From NCBI RefSeq assembly GCF_009914755.1, contig NC_060935.1: DNA of 64,000 nucleotides. One strand, given 5' to 3'. Both the position numbers and the translations under genes were made by a program. Source of the DNA: the human T2T-CHM13v2.0 reference genome, Homo sapiens. Every line of letters begins with the position of its first letter. The first letter of the stretch is position 1. The notes beneath the pieces were generated by a model. That model was not told the DNA's origin. It did not search any database and was given only the letters and a program-made list of their open reading frames with translations. Below, piece by piece: positions 12,751 to 27,461 of the stretch.

Positions 12751-14000
12751 TCCAGGCTCTAAGCCAGCCCTCTTCCCACCATCTGCTTTAATTCTTGCAA
12801 CAGGCTTCTTGGGCTAAGGGTTTTCTTCTTCCCCTCTAACAGTCAAGGAAGCTGAGGATCAGAGAGGTCACAGCAACTTGCCCCAAATCTCAAAGCTGGG
12901 GCTGTCCAAATCCAGAGCCAGACTTTTGGTAGGTATTTCCAAGTACACTACTTGGCCATGGGGAGTCCTGCCAGCTCCTTCCCATAGGGGTACACCCTTC
13001 CCTGCACCCCAGCAAGGCCCCTCTTAGACCCTCTCTTAAAGTCCAGCTAACCAGAACCTTCTCTCCCTTTCCAGACAGTTCACGGCTCCCACCGTTGGGC
13101 CACAGCCTGGGACCCAGGAGGGCCTCAAGTTCCACATTTGGACGGGGTCATCTTTGTATTCCTAGGTGGGATGCAGGCTTCTTAAAGAGTGATATATCAG
13201 TATCACTCCTCTGAACCTCCCCATAACAGCTGGGCCAAGGCTGGGAATTCCCGAGTGCACCGTTAGTTCTGGTTGGATCACATTGGAGATGGAGCATTGG
13301 ATGTAGAGCTGGAAGATTGGGCCAGCTTTACAGCTGTGTGACCTGGATGCAAGTCCCAGAGAAGAAACCCCGCAGTCTTGAAATCTACAAGGTGGTTTTG
13401 ATCACACCCTCTAGAGAGTTACCGGGAGGAGTCGCTGGGCTGCCGTGGAACTGTGCCTCACATGGGCTCATTTCTGTCTCTGCTTTTTCATGCCTTGGTA
13501 ATAATGGGGTGCTTATACACAGACAAGGAGAAAACGGGTCTTACTGGTTCTCATAAGGGGATGTGGCTAAAAGGGACATGGCACTGTGACCTCTTGCAGC
13601 CATCTGGTGTCTGCCCCTGTGTCCCTGTGTGGCTCCAAGGGCACTGGGTGGCAGTGGAGACCATCCCTCTGTCCTTCCTACATGTGTTTCCCCATCACCA
13701 CCTTCCCACTCCGGGGGTCTACCTGCCTCAGAGGCCTCCAATGGCCTCCTCCTGCACACAGAAGCCCCACAATGAGTGGCTGCAGCCTCCAAAGGCCAGG
13801 AGCAGCAGGTGGGCTCATTCCCCTGCCTCCCAGTCCTTAGCACAGCCCTAGCCTGGCACTTGGTAAAGGCCCGGCGCATGTTGGTCACTGCTCTGGGCTC
13901 AGTTTCAGTTACAACACCTTCGAGATGGTGCTCAAAAAATATTCCTTAAATGAATGAATGGATGATTGAATGAGCGCATGAATCTTGGCTACTCTGCCTC

Positions 14001-14200
14001 AGTGGCAAGTACGTGACTCTGAAGTCAGATAGACTTCCGTTCTATCAGTGTGACCTTGCACAGGTTACTTAGCCTCTCTAACTCAGTTTTCTCATCTATA
14101 AAATTGTGCTAATAACAGTACCAATCACACAGAGTTGTAGTGGTCACGTGAATTAAAGTGCCAGGCCCAGCGCCTGCACAGTGATTGCGTGATAAACGAT
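14001..14200 (+). mobile_element. MIR SINE
   Basis: gtgtgaccttgcacaggttacttagcctctctaactcagttttctcatctataaaat core. Confidence 0.8.
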
Positions 14201-14747
14201 TGCTCTCACGATTATGACTTACAGCTTCCCATCCAACGTCTACATCGGTACACTCCGGAGCTTGGAGTGACTGCTGGGCCAGTGATTCTAGATCATGCTT
14301 GACTCCCATTTTCCTCTTCTTAGAACTGTTAAAAATCCTCTGCTGCTGCTCAAATAGCAGAGGCAATTCAGCTATTTTGAACCTCTGCTTTTTAAGCTTA
14401 CAGGCTAATCGGCGTGACTGTATGTACATCAGCCATGCCAGCCAGGGAGCTTATCAGTAAAGGTAGAAATGTTCCAAGTCCCATCAACATTTGTGTTGTG
14501 AACATGTGAACATATGAGTATATGAGTGCTCTGCCCCAACTCTACTGGTCCATGCACCAACCTTTCCACACTGGGTCATCTCAGCACCTCTTCTCCCTTG
14601 TCTCCTGACAGCCCTTAGTTAGTCATTTCTTGCTACCCCTAGCTCACAGTATCTATACCCCTTATCCAGCTTTCATCATATACTGGCCTTTTACTATTAA
14701 TTTGTAAAATTCACTGATAGCTTGCCAATTAAGAGGACGTACCTCTT

Positions 14748-14948
14748 AATTGATAATTTCCACTATGTTCTAGGCTTAGTGCTAGATACTTTACATGCAT
14801 TGCCTCAATTTCATCCTGAGAGGAGGGCAATATGATCCTCATTTTATAGACAAGGGAACTGGGCTCATAGAGATTCAGAAGCTTGCCTAAAGTCACAGAG
14901 TTAGAGAACAACACATTTGGGATTCGAACCTAGATTGTGTGACTCCAC
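14748..14948 (-). mobile_element. MIR SINE
   Basis: cctcattttatagacaagggaactgggctca...gggattcgaacctag. Confidence 0.75.
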
Positions 14949-14988
14949 ATTCCTTCAGGACAGAGGCCTCAAATCCCACCTCCCTGGC

Positions 14989-15039
14989 CCCAGTGTCTGG
15001 CCTGAAAGCCCAGTGTCTGGCCTGAAAGCCCAGTGTCTG
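14989..15039. repeat. Perfect 20-bp tandem repeat, 2.5 copies
   Basis: (cccagtgtctggcctgaaag)x2 + cccagtgtctg. Confidence 0.95.
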
Positions 15040-15859
15040 TTTATTGACATTAGCTGCTGCCCATGGCCAGCTTTCAGGGTGTTACAAACATTATCTGAGA
15101 AATTTAGGTAACGGTTTCACACTGGGCTGGGCATACAGTAAAGGTATAATAGATGATTTCTGCTATGCTTTTTGTGCATTTATCTTCTGAGCAAGGAGAC
15201 GGGCCCCGCCAGCTCCCTGGACACGCACTGCCTCCCCACCTTGGCATTGGCCAGCGTGGCACCAGCCTCCCCAGCACGCTTGGAATTCTGAGCTCATTCA
15301 CCAGACAGGTGCAATTTCCCACCTCTCACTCGCTGACACTCTCTGCACAATCGATCACAAAACTGTTTCCAAATTAACTTAGATTTAGCTCCAGCCTCAC
15401 CTCTTCTGACTCTGGCAATTTCCTCTCTACCTCTGTTAACTCCTCCGGGCACTGGCCTGCCTGTATCTCTCTCTCTTCCTGAAAATGCCCAGCTGACCCC
15501 AAGTCAGGGTTTCTTCTTGCCCTTGGCCCCAGATTATGCGGGACATGGCCTTTCTCAGGATGCCCCTTTTCTCTGTCCTCAGCCATGGGCTGGGGGCAGG
15601 GGTCAGGCAATTCTCTTCTTTTCCTGCCCCCTCTTCTCAGGATTCACCCTACACGTTGCGTTATCCTCTAATTAACGTTTTGGGTTGAAGGGCCATAAAG
15701 TTTCCTCTGCATTAGTCCCTAAAAACGTGTAAAGAAAAAGATATCTGGAAGGACAAAGGTCAGAGAGAATTGGTGCAAACAAAAAGTTTGGGGATATACC
15801 TCAGGGTTGAGAAAGCATTTCTGGGTAAAATTCCAAGAGCTGCATTCTCCAATCCCACT

Positions 15860-16060
15860 AAACTCCAGCCAGGCACCTGCTGTGTGTCAGGTCCTGAACT
15901 CTGGGCTTTTCCCACAATCCTGCCAGATGTATATGGTCATCCCCAATGTACAGATGAGAAAACTGAGGCTCAGAAAGGTTGTATAAGTCATTAGGTTGTC
16001 TATGTCACAGACCTAGGAGGAGAACTCAGGTCCAGAGCTCAGCCCTCTCCCCCACCGTGC
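15860..16060 (-). mobile_element. MIR SINE
   Basis: tacagatgagaaaactgaggctcagaaaggtt. Confidence 0.65.
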
Positions 16061-17069
16061 CTGACTCTCCCTGCCTGCACCCTGCTTAGAGTCTTCTGAG
16101 GGACGCGTGTTGGGTGCAGGGTAGAAAGGGAAGGGAAGAACTGGATTGGGGGCATGCATTTGTCATCCTTCTGCCACCTGAGTGCCATGTTTAGACCTGC
16201 CTCCTTGGCCTATAAGATAGAGGTAGTTGCTGCCCCCAGAACTGGGAGATGGGGCAGTTGGGGAAAGGGGGTCTGGAGGGGACAGCAGCTGACTTTGGAG
16301 GGAGAGAGCCTCTGAGGGCTTCGTGTAATTTACCCACAGGGCCTTGGTGGCCTGGCGGCTGTGGGGGGCATCTCAGCATATCAGCAGTCACACCATTAAA
16401 GAGCGAGGAGAAATTAATATCACCGAGGTGGTCCAGAGCTTCTGATACCAGCAGAAAATTACAGGACACGAGATGAGGAGTATTACAGAATGAGCGGGAG
16501 GGGACAAGAGATCTCCGTGGCTAATCCTGTTAAGGAGACAATGTCTTATCAGACTCATTATACTTTTGAAAGGAGGGAGTATGGAGGGGGAAGAGAAGGT
16601 GGGGGACAGAGTGTGATGGGGTGGGGGCAGCTGCGGGGAAGGGAGAGAGGCGAGGAGCTGCGGTAACAGAGCCTGCAGGTCCATCGGGGTGGGCATGCAC
16701 CTGGAAGGTGTCTGACCCGTAGAGTAAAAACCCTCTCTGGGAGCTACGTCCCTACTGGGCTGTGGGGAATGTCAGTCAGTGGAGCAGCCCTCCCGCCTTG
16801 ACAATTGTCTCAACAGGTGCCTGGGAGGAAAGCAGGTGCCTTGACTCTCCTGCTTTGACCTAATCTCATCTTGTTGCATCTCCTATGGAGCAAATAGAAC
16901 CATCCCCAATCTACACAGACACTGAAAAACCAAACACACCCATTTTTCTGCAAAGCACTTTCCTGTCCAGGCCCTCATTTGACACTCACAATCCACCCCC
17001 CTCTCCCCTGCCCCCGAGATGAGCAGGAAGGGGACCACACTGCCTGGGAAGTTAGAGGGCCCTTTTTGG

Positions 17070-17260
17070 CACTCAGCTGAGCCTCCTTGGGTAAATCACT
17101 TAATCTCTCTGGGCAATCATTTCCTCACCTTGAAAACAGAGATTAACGAAATCCTACCCTATCTACTTCACAGGGTCCTTGTGGGGATGAAAAGGATAAT
17201 ATATGCAAGAGGGTCCTGTAATCTGTGAAACACTGACGTAAAGGAAAGTGATTGCTATCA
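17070..17260 (+). mobile_element. MIR SINE
   Basis: ccttgggtaaatcacttaatctctctgggcaatcatttcctcac. Confidence 0.65.
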
Positions 17261-17698
17261 TCGTTTTGAGGTCGAGACAACAGGTTCAGCTAGGTGAAGT
17301 GTCTTGCTGGAGGCAACAAGGCTGGAAGTGGCGGGCCAGGGCTTGCACCTTTAGTGTCAAATCCAGGGTCATTTCTGCCTCCATGAAGTCACTCCACTGG
17401 CCTGTTCCCAGTTGACCATTCACCAGGGAATTCAACAGGCACAGACCCGAGTGTCTGCTTACTACAAGTGCGCGATGTGCTCAGTATTGTCCCAGGCTGG
17501 CCCGGGGAAGTGCGTGGTTGGGAAGACACTGCTTGCTGTCTATACAATATCTATTTTCCCTTTCTTACAAATGTTTTTGGGTTGGCAAAGTTGTCCATCA
17601 CCGCCTGTTCTGGGTGATGAGATCAAGTTTCTTGAGGGTTGAGGGATAGGGAAGGGCTTCCGAGAAAGCATTTCTTCTTCAAACAGAAAGGACAGACA

Positions 17699-19493
<1,795 letters not shown>

Positions 19494-20589
19494 GTACCCA
19501 AACTCATCCCCTCTGACTGCTTCCACGTCCCCTGCCTCTTCTCTACCATCTTCTCACATGATGGCACCTTGCATCTCCTGTAGACCCCACACTCTGTGCC
19601 TCTGCTCATGCTGGGCCCCCTGCATGGCCCCTCTTCCTTCTGAGCTGCTTCCTTTTTTTGGCCAGACAGCTTCTTCCATGGCCTTTGCACTCAGGTGGGG
19701 CATTGCCCTGGATGGGTGTGTTACCCCATGTCTGGGCTCCCGTAGCAACCCATGGCCACCTCTCTCATACTATTTATCACCTTTCTTAAGATTGGGTATT
19801 TCATGCCAGCTCTCTGCTAGACAGAAGCTCCTTGAAGGTCAAGATCTTGTTCAGATCTGGACCCCTGGTGCCTGTGTATCAGGCAGATGGCAAGTGCTCA
19901 GTAATGATGGGTTGACTAGAACTCTTCTGACCTCCAGGGGCTCAGGATCTGCGGAGGTGGATACAGACCCAGAAACAAACTCCCTGACAGGAGGAGCTCA
20001 AGGTGCGCAGGGAGCCCAGAGGATGAAGTGACCGCTGTCTCTGGGAGAGTCAGGGAAGGTGTCACAGAGGAGGTTGCAGTTGAGCTGGGTCCTGAAGGAC
20101 ACGTGTGTCTTCTCTCCCAGTTTGGGAGTGAGGTGATGTATTGGAAGTGAAGGCCACATCATATGCAAAGGTGTTAAGGCAGGAAAGGGCAGGGAGCATC
20201 TGGGAAGCAGGGATGCACGGGGCAGGGAGAGCAGGGGTTTGGCGGGTGATGAATTAGACACCACAGGGCCTGAGTGTGAAGACTTGAGTGACCAGAGAGG
20301 AGCCTGCCTTTTAGCCTGTGCATAGGTGGTGGCTGAGGGCTTTCAGCAGAGGGAGAGAGGGTCATGCTGGGCCCTACAGACATGGCAGCTTAACTATGGT
20401 GATCAGCTCTGATTCATGGAAAGCCCTCTCCTGCAGAGTATGGAGGGGGCTCTGAATGGAGTGAGGTTGGCAGCAGGAAGCCAGGGGGGAGCTTATTCCA
20501 AGGGTCCTTGAGGAGGGGCGGGGGAGGAGGGGGAAGAGAAGGTGGAGGAGGAGGGTAGGATGTGCAGCAGATTCTGCAGTTGCACTGTC

Positions 20590-20775
20590 TGGGGCCAAGG
20601 TCTGGCTCTGCCACTTATTGATGTCAGTTTCCAATTCCTCTGTGCCCCAGTTTCCACATTTGTAAAAGGAGGTTAATCCCAGCACCAATCTCAGAGGCGC
20701 GTTATGAGAATTACAGGAGATGAAGCATTATGAAGTGATCAGCATGGGGCCTGGCACACAGAAAGAGCTCAGTGA
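20590..20775 (+). mobile_element. MIR SINE
   Basis: ggctctgccacttat...ctctgtgccccagtttccacatttgtaaaa...cctggcacacag. Confidence 0.75.
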
Positions 20776-22389
20776 CCCTGCAGGGAGATGGGGAGAAGGG
20801 ACATCCTCAGTTCTGGCTGGAGCTGAGGGGTCAGTTGGGGGCTACAGGAGGTCCAGCAGGTACAGACTGTGGGCTGCATGGTGCAGGCTTTGAATGCCGG
20901 GGCAAGGGGCTCTAGCTCATCTGATGGGCCACAGAGGGCCACAGAAGGTTTCTGGAGGGGAGAAGGGTGTTACAAGGATGAACTAGGTTATATTTACAGA
21001 GACAGAGAGAAAGAAACTGGAGACCCTTTCCTTTCTCGACTCACAGGTGTCAATCTAAATCTTGTCCAGTTAATCTAAATCTTTTCCAGTTTCTCTCACC
21101 CTGCTAGTGGGCCTGAAGGAAGCAGGCAGAGGGGTGGTGGAAAAAGGTGAAGACAAAGATGCATCCCATGGACCTACCCTACGTGAGATACCACCTGACC
21201 CCAGGGCCCTGGAAGTGGGGACTCGGTCTGATGGTACAGCTATGCCCCAGTATGGCCTCATCATTGCTGACCACTGAAGAGATGGGTGTAACCATGTCCT
21301 TGGCCTCCCAGTGAGGGTCAAAGGCCCAGAGAAGTCAGCTTGTCCAGTGGGACTTCAAGGGCACTAGGGAAGGGCTGGCGACCTTATGTAGCCATCCATC
21401 TAGATTCTAGAAGCTTCACCGCCGACATGCCCACATCTTCTTAGCTGCAGTATGAATCCCTTTTTGTTGGATTAAATTGGTCTGGTGGGGTGGAGGATGC
21501 TAGTAAAGCGGTGGCACATTAGCATCTCACCAGTGAGAGGGGAGCAATGCCCTCTCCTGGAGATGGATGCAGGGAAGGGACAGTCCACACAGGACCAGGC
21601 AGGATGCACGTTGGGCTAGATCTTGGGTGAGGGATCTTTCCAATAGCCATAAAGGGATTCTTCTGAGCACTTCATGGTGATGCTGAAGGAATTTAAGATG
21701 CCCGTAGTTAGTCTATGAGAGTCAGGTGTCATGAGTGGGAGGTTAAGCAGGTGGGGGACTTGCAGGAAGAAGGTGCAGAGGCAGTGTGGCAGGGGAGGCT
21801 CTGACTTAGAGAAAGAAGGTGACCTCTCAGGATTAGGCTGAAAACACTTAATACCAGTCTGGGCTGCTTCCCTGGAAGAGACGTGGGGCTCTGAAGCCCT
21901 AAGGTGCAGGAAAGAAGGCTCCACCCTGCTCTCCACCTTCTTCTGTGCCTTTGAAGAGCATGGAGTTTCCCCAGCCCCCCTCCTGACCACCGTCCCTGGA
22001 GGGGGTTGGGTACAGTGGGAGCTGGGTAGAAAGCGAGCCGCAGCTTCCCAGGAGTCCCTGCCCGCCTCACTCGAGCCCCTCTTCCTGCCTTTCATCTGAG
22101 CAGAAAACAAGGGAGAGGCCCCAGGCGTCAGCAAAGCATTTCACTGTGTGCAATTTGCATTTTCTGTCTCCATCTTGAGCAGCTCTGGCTTTGGGTAGCC
22201 GGAAGAAAGAGCAGCTGTTCCAGCTGCAGAAGGTGCTTAGTCCAGTGTGGGCTATAAAGTGCCACTTGGCTGTGGGGTGATCAGGAGGGAGGCAGTGAGA
22301 AGGAACAAAGCAAGGGAGCAGGGATGGGGTGGGGAAAAAGCGGGCTGAGGCTTTAGGGGCCTAGATCTATCTAGGGTGTAGATCTAGGG

Positions 22390-22600
22390 CCATGGTTCTC
22401 AACGAGGGGTGATTTTCGCCCCTTAGGAGACATATGGCAATGTGTGGAGGCATTTTTGGTTGTCATGACTGGGTGTGAGGAGAGAGCAGTTGCTTCTAGC
22501 ATCTAGTGGGTAAAGGCCAGGGACACTGCTAAATATCCTACAAGCCCGGGATAGCAACCACAACAGAGAATGATCAGGTCCAAAATGTCAATGATGGACA
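22390..22600 (+). mobile_element. MER20 hAT-Charlie MITE
   Basis: ggttctcaac.ggggtgatttt...gcatctagtgggtaaaggccaggga...caaaatgtcaat. Confidence 0.85.
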
Positions 22601-23047
22601 TTTCCCACCAGGACTGGGAACCCTGGTGGCAGGATCAGAGGAGAGGGACAAAAAGCAGAAAAGACGGGGATGGGCGATGAGGTTTAGCCAGTGTCTCCCA
22701 GGCACAGGGCAGTGCCGGGTGCCATAGAGGCAACAAAAGAAGCAGTGGGCATGTAGCTGTGGGCAAACTGAGAAGCTGCTGCCAGCACCTACAGGCACCA
22801 CAGATCCATGAAATTTCACGAAACGTGAGCAAGTGAGGTGGAGCGGGGACCCTTAAGGGCCTGCCAGGGTCCCCCAAAACATGGAAATAAAGGAAAATCT
22901 TGAGTCCCTTCCAGGGAAATTCCAGGCACCTTACTAGCCCTGAGAAGTAAATGAGCAACCAGAGAAGCAAGAAGATAATAAAACAATAGCCACCCAAGGA
23001 AGTTGGAGCCACGAGATGTTCAGTTACCTATAGAAACCAAAGATAAT

Positions 23048-23721
23048 GGCTGGGCACGGTGGCTCACGCCTGTAATTCCAACACTTTGGGAAGCTGAGGA
23101 GGGTGGATTGCATGAGCCCAGGAGCTCAACACCAGCCTGGGCAACATGGAAAAACCCCGTCTCTATGTGTAGCAGGACGAGTCACAGACAAAACTCCTCA
23201 GACACTGGATTAAAGAAGGAAGAGGTTTTTATTTGGCTGGGAGCATCGGCAGACTCGCGTCTTAAGAGCCAAGCTCCCCGAAAAAGAAATTCCTAGCCCT
23301 TTTAAGGGCTTACAACTCTAAGGGGTCCACGTGAAAGGGTCATAATAGATCAAGTAAGCGTGAGGAAGGTGACTGGGGGCTACATACATCAGCTAACAGA
23401 ACAAAAATTTTACAGTGCTTTCTCATACAATGTCTGGAATTTACAGATAACACCAGTAGTTTTGGTCAGGGGTTAATTTTATTATTATTATTTTAATCAC
23501 CAGGGCCAGGTGGTGGTGCCAAGGTCGTCTAGCTATTTATCTTACTTCTGTCTCTTTCCAACTTTTGGCTTTCTCCCTTTTCTCCTGTCTTATAAACTAG
23601 GGAAAAGGGGAGGTTGGGGAGAAGTTGGGAAGGACAACAGACGTGGTGGTCTCCTTCCATATATGGGGAAAAAAAGAAAAAGAAAGACAGAAAAACAGAC
23701 ACAAAGAAAGAAAGAAAAGAA
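23048..23721 (+). mobile_element. Alu left monomer (FLAM-like), split by LTR2
   Basis: Monomer 23048-23167, A-rich tail 23666-23721; degenerate 16-bp TSD agaaaccaaagataat/agacaccagagataac. Confidence 0.8.
23168..23661 (-). mobile_element. LTR2-family (LTR2B/C; HERV-E/Harlequin) solo LTR
   Basis: Minus strand starts TATGGAAGGAGACCAC and ends ...CTCGTCCTGCTACA; perfect 4-bp TSD TATG at 23164-23167 and 23662-23665. Confidence 0.85.
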
Positions 23722-26159
23722 AGACACCAGAGATAACATCTTAATATTCAGAAACCCAGACCCAAACCCAATGGAAAATGCCGACCGCCATCATGTACAG
23801 CTCAGGTAAGGGGACACTGAGGACTGAACTCCAGCCGGTCTTTCTGAGTCCCTTCCTGAGGGGACTGGGGAGAGTCATGCCCTCAGGCCAAATCTTCACA
23901 TTCCTTGTCACTGACCCCGAGTTTTTAGACAAAGCCTCACTTTCGTAACCAACTGCAAATTTAAAAATCTCTAAATCCACCTGTGACCTCTAAGCCCTGC
24001 ACTTCAATATATCTCACCTTTTTGTGCCAAACCCATGTATGACCTTGCACTATGTATGGATTTATGATTTTTGCCTGTAACTCCTGCTTTTCTGAAATGT
24101 ACCCTTCCTTTATAAGCCCTTGCTTGTAAGCCATCAGGGAGTTTGTCTGATTCTTGTTTGGTGCCCCGCAATACGTGCCTTTTATCCCCCCTCTCGTTGC
24201 AAATCTCAGCATCAGTGTTTGGCTTTGCTGAGCCAGGCAGGCAGACCCAAGTTTGGCTTGGTGGCATGAAGAGGCGCTCTTCAGACCACAGGTGTCCCTG
24301 GGCTGAAGAAGGGGCAGAGAGCTCCCACTGGAGAAGGAGGGGAGAATGTCTACAGAGAGACCCTCGCCCAGGGCACGGAAGCCACAGCAGGGCTCACCAC
24401 TCAGGTGTCGGGATGTCAGGCTGGCTGGGGTGAGAGGGAGGGTGGGATACAGGAAGGAAGGGCCTAGAGTTGGGGGGAGGGGCAAAGGGCTAGGTAGGAA
24501 GAAGCCAAAGGGGGAAAGTCCTGCCCCAAACCCAGAGAAGCTCCAGCCCCCTGCCCAGAGCTCCTTGGGTGAGTTCCCCAAGTGAATTTAGACAGGCCCG
24601 GCTGCTGGGAGGGGTGGGGGCAGGATGAGGGTGTGATGGGGCATTGAAGTGGGCTTCTCCCTTGAAAGAAAGGGGGGGCCACTTTGACCGGGGACACAGT
24701 GAAGAATTTAAGGGCTGGAAAGGTCTGCATTTTATTAGTGATGGTGATGATGGAAATAATAATAGCTCTAAATCCAGCCGCCATTTGTTGAGTGCCTACT
24801 TTGTCCAGGTACTATGCTAGGGTTTTGGATACAGTATCTTATTTAATCAGCACAGCAACTTCAGGAGGTGCGCCACTAAGCCCAGAGGGATGAGTTGATG
24901 TCTCAAGCTGTCCAGAAACAGCCCTGTAGCCACTGCAGTCCCCTTCTCTACTGTCATATCCTCATTGTATTTTACACTGGTGCTTTCAAACCCTTCTCAT
25001 TTGATTTGCGTATTGCTCCATTCAAGTAGACCAGGTGAGAGTTGATAATCCTATTTTACATGTAAGAAACTGAGGACAGACAGTTAACTCACGGGAAAGC
25101 CAGACTCAGAACCCAGCCTTTTGACTCCTAGCCAAGGCTCTCTCTGGGACCTTGTTAGGACCTGGGGCAGGCAAACCTCATGGCTTTGCTTCTGTACCTG
25201 CCTCTTGCCAGGGTGGCAGAAATCTAGCTCCTGTGCAAGTTTCCTGAGTCCCTGGGAGATGCCCCTGAGACTCAGAGTGTCAGAGAAAAATTGGCATAAC
25301 ATCCTGCCTGCCCATCCCTGTTTTAGGGGCAATGGTTTTCATCCTGTGCCCCCCACACCCCTTCTCCCCCACTGCCCATTCCCTCCAACAGCTTTACTTC
25401 TTACTGTAAAATTAATCATCATTGTATTGCATAATTAATGAGGCAGTAACAGGAAATGTCTAACCAAGCTTAACTCCCCACCCTGGTGGGGCCTGGACCA
25501 AGAGCTCTCCTGAGGGCGGGGCTCCAGGGCTGCCAGATGGGTTTCAGGGATAGAGATGGAGGGCGGGTGCTGGGGCCCCTGGGCACAGCCATTATTGGCA
25601 GTTGAGCAGGAGAGCTCAGGCTGCAGGGGCAGACCCCTCCCCAGGCTGTTGTGGACACAGAGTTTATTGGTGAACATGTCTGTGCCTCTGGGCAGCACTG
25701 GAGCACCTGGTGAGGAAGGCAGGCTCTCCTCTTCTCAGCAGGGCAGTGGGAGGAGGACCTGTGTCTTCTCCCTCTTGCATCTTCAGATCCCTCCCTAATG
25801 GGAGGTGAGGCTGCAGCCCAGGGCAGTGAGCACTGGACAATGAGTCTGGAGACCTGAGTTCTAACCAGTTCCACAGTGACACCGCACAAGCTGCTTCCTG
25901 TCTCTGAGTTTTGGCCTCTTTGTCCAAAATGAGAAGTTGTGCCAGATGACTCTTCAGACCTCGCTCTGTGATTCTGCCACTCCTGCACTTAAAATCCTGC
26001 AGCAGCTCTGTGCGGCTATGGGGATGAAATCTGCACATGCTACAGTTCTGTGGGGCTGCTCCAGTCATGTCTCCAAGCATCCTCCTGCCCCTTGCCTTGC
26101 TCCATCCACCCAGAACCTCTTCCTATAGCGCCCCTTGTTCTCCTCTCCTCTCCTCTCCT

Positions 26160-26515
26160 CTGGGCCTTTGCATGTGCAGGTCCCTCTGCCTGTGATGGTC
26201 TGGGTCTGTTTCCTACTCTACCCAGCCCCTAGGTTAACAACTTATCTTCACGTTCTAGCTCAGCTTTACTTCTACTGAAAAGCCCTTGGAGGTCACTCAG
26301 GAAGGGCAGGATGCCCCTCGTACTAGCCCCAGAATGCCCTGGGCTTACTGCATGAACGGCATTGCAACTGCCACTTATGTATTCATCTCCCCATTAAGGC
26401 ACATGCTCCCAGAGTACAGCGTCAGGTCTGCTTTGACTCCAGCTGTTTCCTCAGCACCTTCCACAATGCCTGGCACCAATAGTCAACTGGTAGATGTGGC
26501 ATGAATAAATGATTG
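26160..26515 (+). mobile_element. L2 3' end fragment
   Basis: gggcctttgcatgtgc...cacaatgcctggcacc...tgaataaatga. Confidence 0.65.
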
Positions 26516-27269
26516 CATACAGCAATTCTATGAGCATAGAAGTCCAGGAGGAACATGTTGGAGGAGTGGGGACAGTGGGAAGCAGGGGCAGGGAGGAGGC
26601 GTAGACTCACAGCCTCTGCTGCAGAGACAGTGTTGAGAGGGAATAGGGTGTCACAGACTCCTGATGCCCCTTGGTTCAGAGGGGCAGGCTTTCTGGGGCT
26701 CTGGGTCTGACCCAGCACTGAGGGCCAGCTGCTAGGGGCATGGAAGTGGCCCTCTAAGATTCTGTCCTGCCATGTGGAGTCTGAGGAGCTCAAGCTCCAG
26801 TTACTGACGCACTGTGGGTCCCAAGGGAGCCCCCCAAGCCTCTCATATGCCTGCCTCCTAGGATGGGCTGCTCCCATACACACAACAACACCCCCTCTCT
26901 CTAGGGACTGGACTCCAGGGCTCCTCGCCAGGGTGTGTGTGCCAGCCCCATGCAAGTGCCACGTCTTCTGTGTGCCTTTCCAGATCCCCTTGGAATCATT
27001 TCTTGCTTCCAGCTCCCACAGCATGTGACATGTGACTCGCATCAGATGTGTTTAACCCCACTTTGTGAGTGGCACCGAAACGACATGTGGGTCTCCTTGG
27101 CTGCAGGGCAAGTTTTCTGAGGCCCAAGGTTAAAGAAGCATGAGTCACCAGAAACTGGTGGGATCTAACAGACTTGGGCTTGAACACTAGTTCTTGGCCA
27201 GTAGCTCACAGAGTAGGCACCTTGTGAATGAATGAATGAACAAATGAATGAACGAATGAAGGTGCTTAA

Positions 27270-27461
<192 letters not shown>

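Larger units (their letters stand above)
22834..24266 (+). mobile_element. ERV1 (MER4-group, LTR54-like) solo LTR, split by nested inserts
   Basis: 5' part gaaataaaggaaaatcttgag...gggaaattccaggcacc to 23047; resumes at about 23722 and ends gacccaagtttggcttggtggca. Subfamily from memory. Confidence 0.7.

Noticed and set aside
23961-27042. Two 206-aa minus-strand ORFs (23961-24581, 26422-27042)
   Set aside because: They run through LTR or L2 remnants, show no domain, and have composition typical of random GC-rich ORFs.
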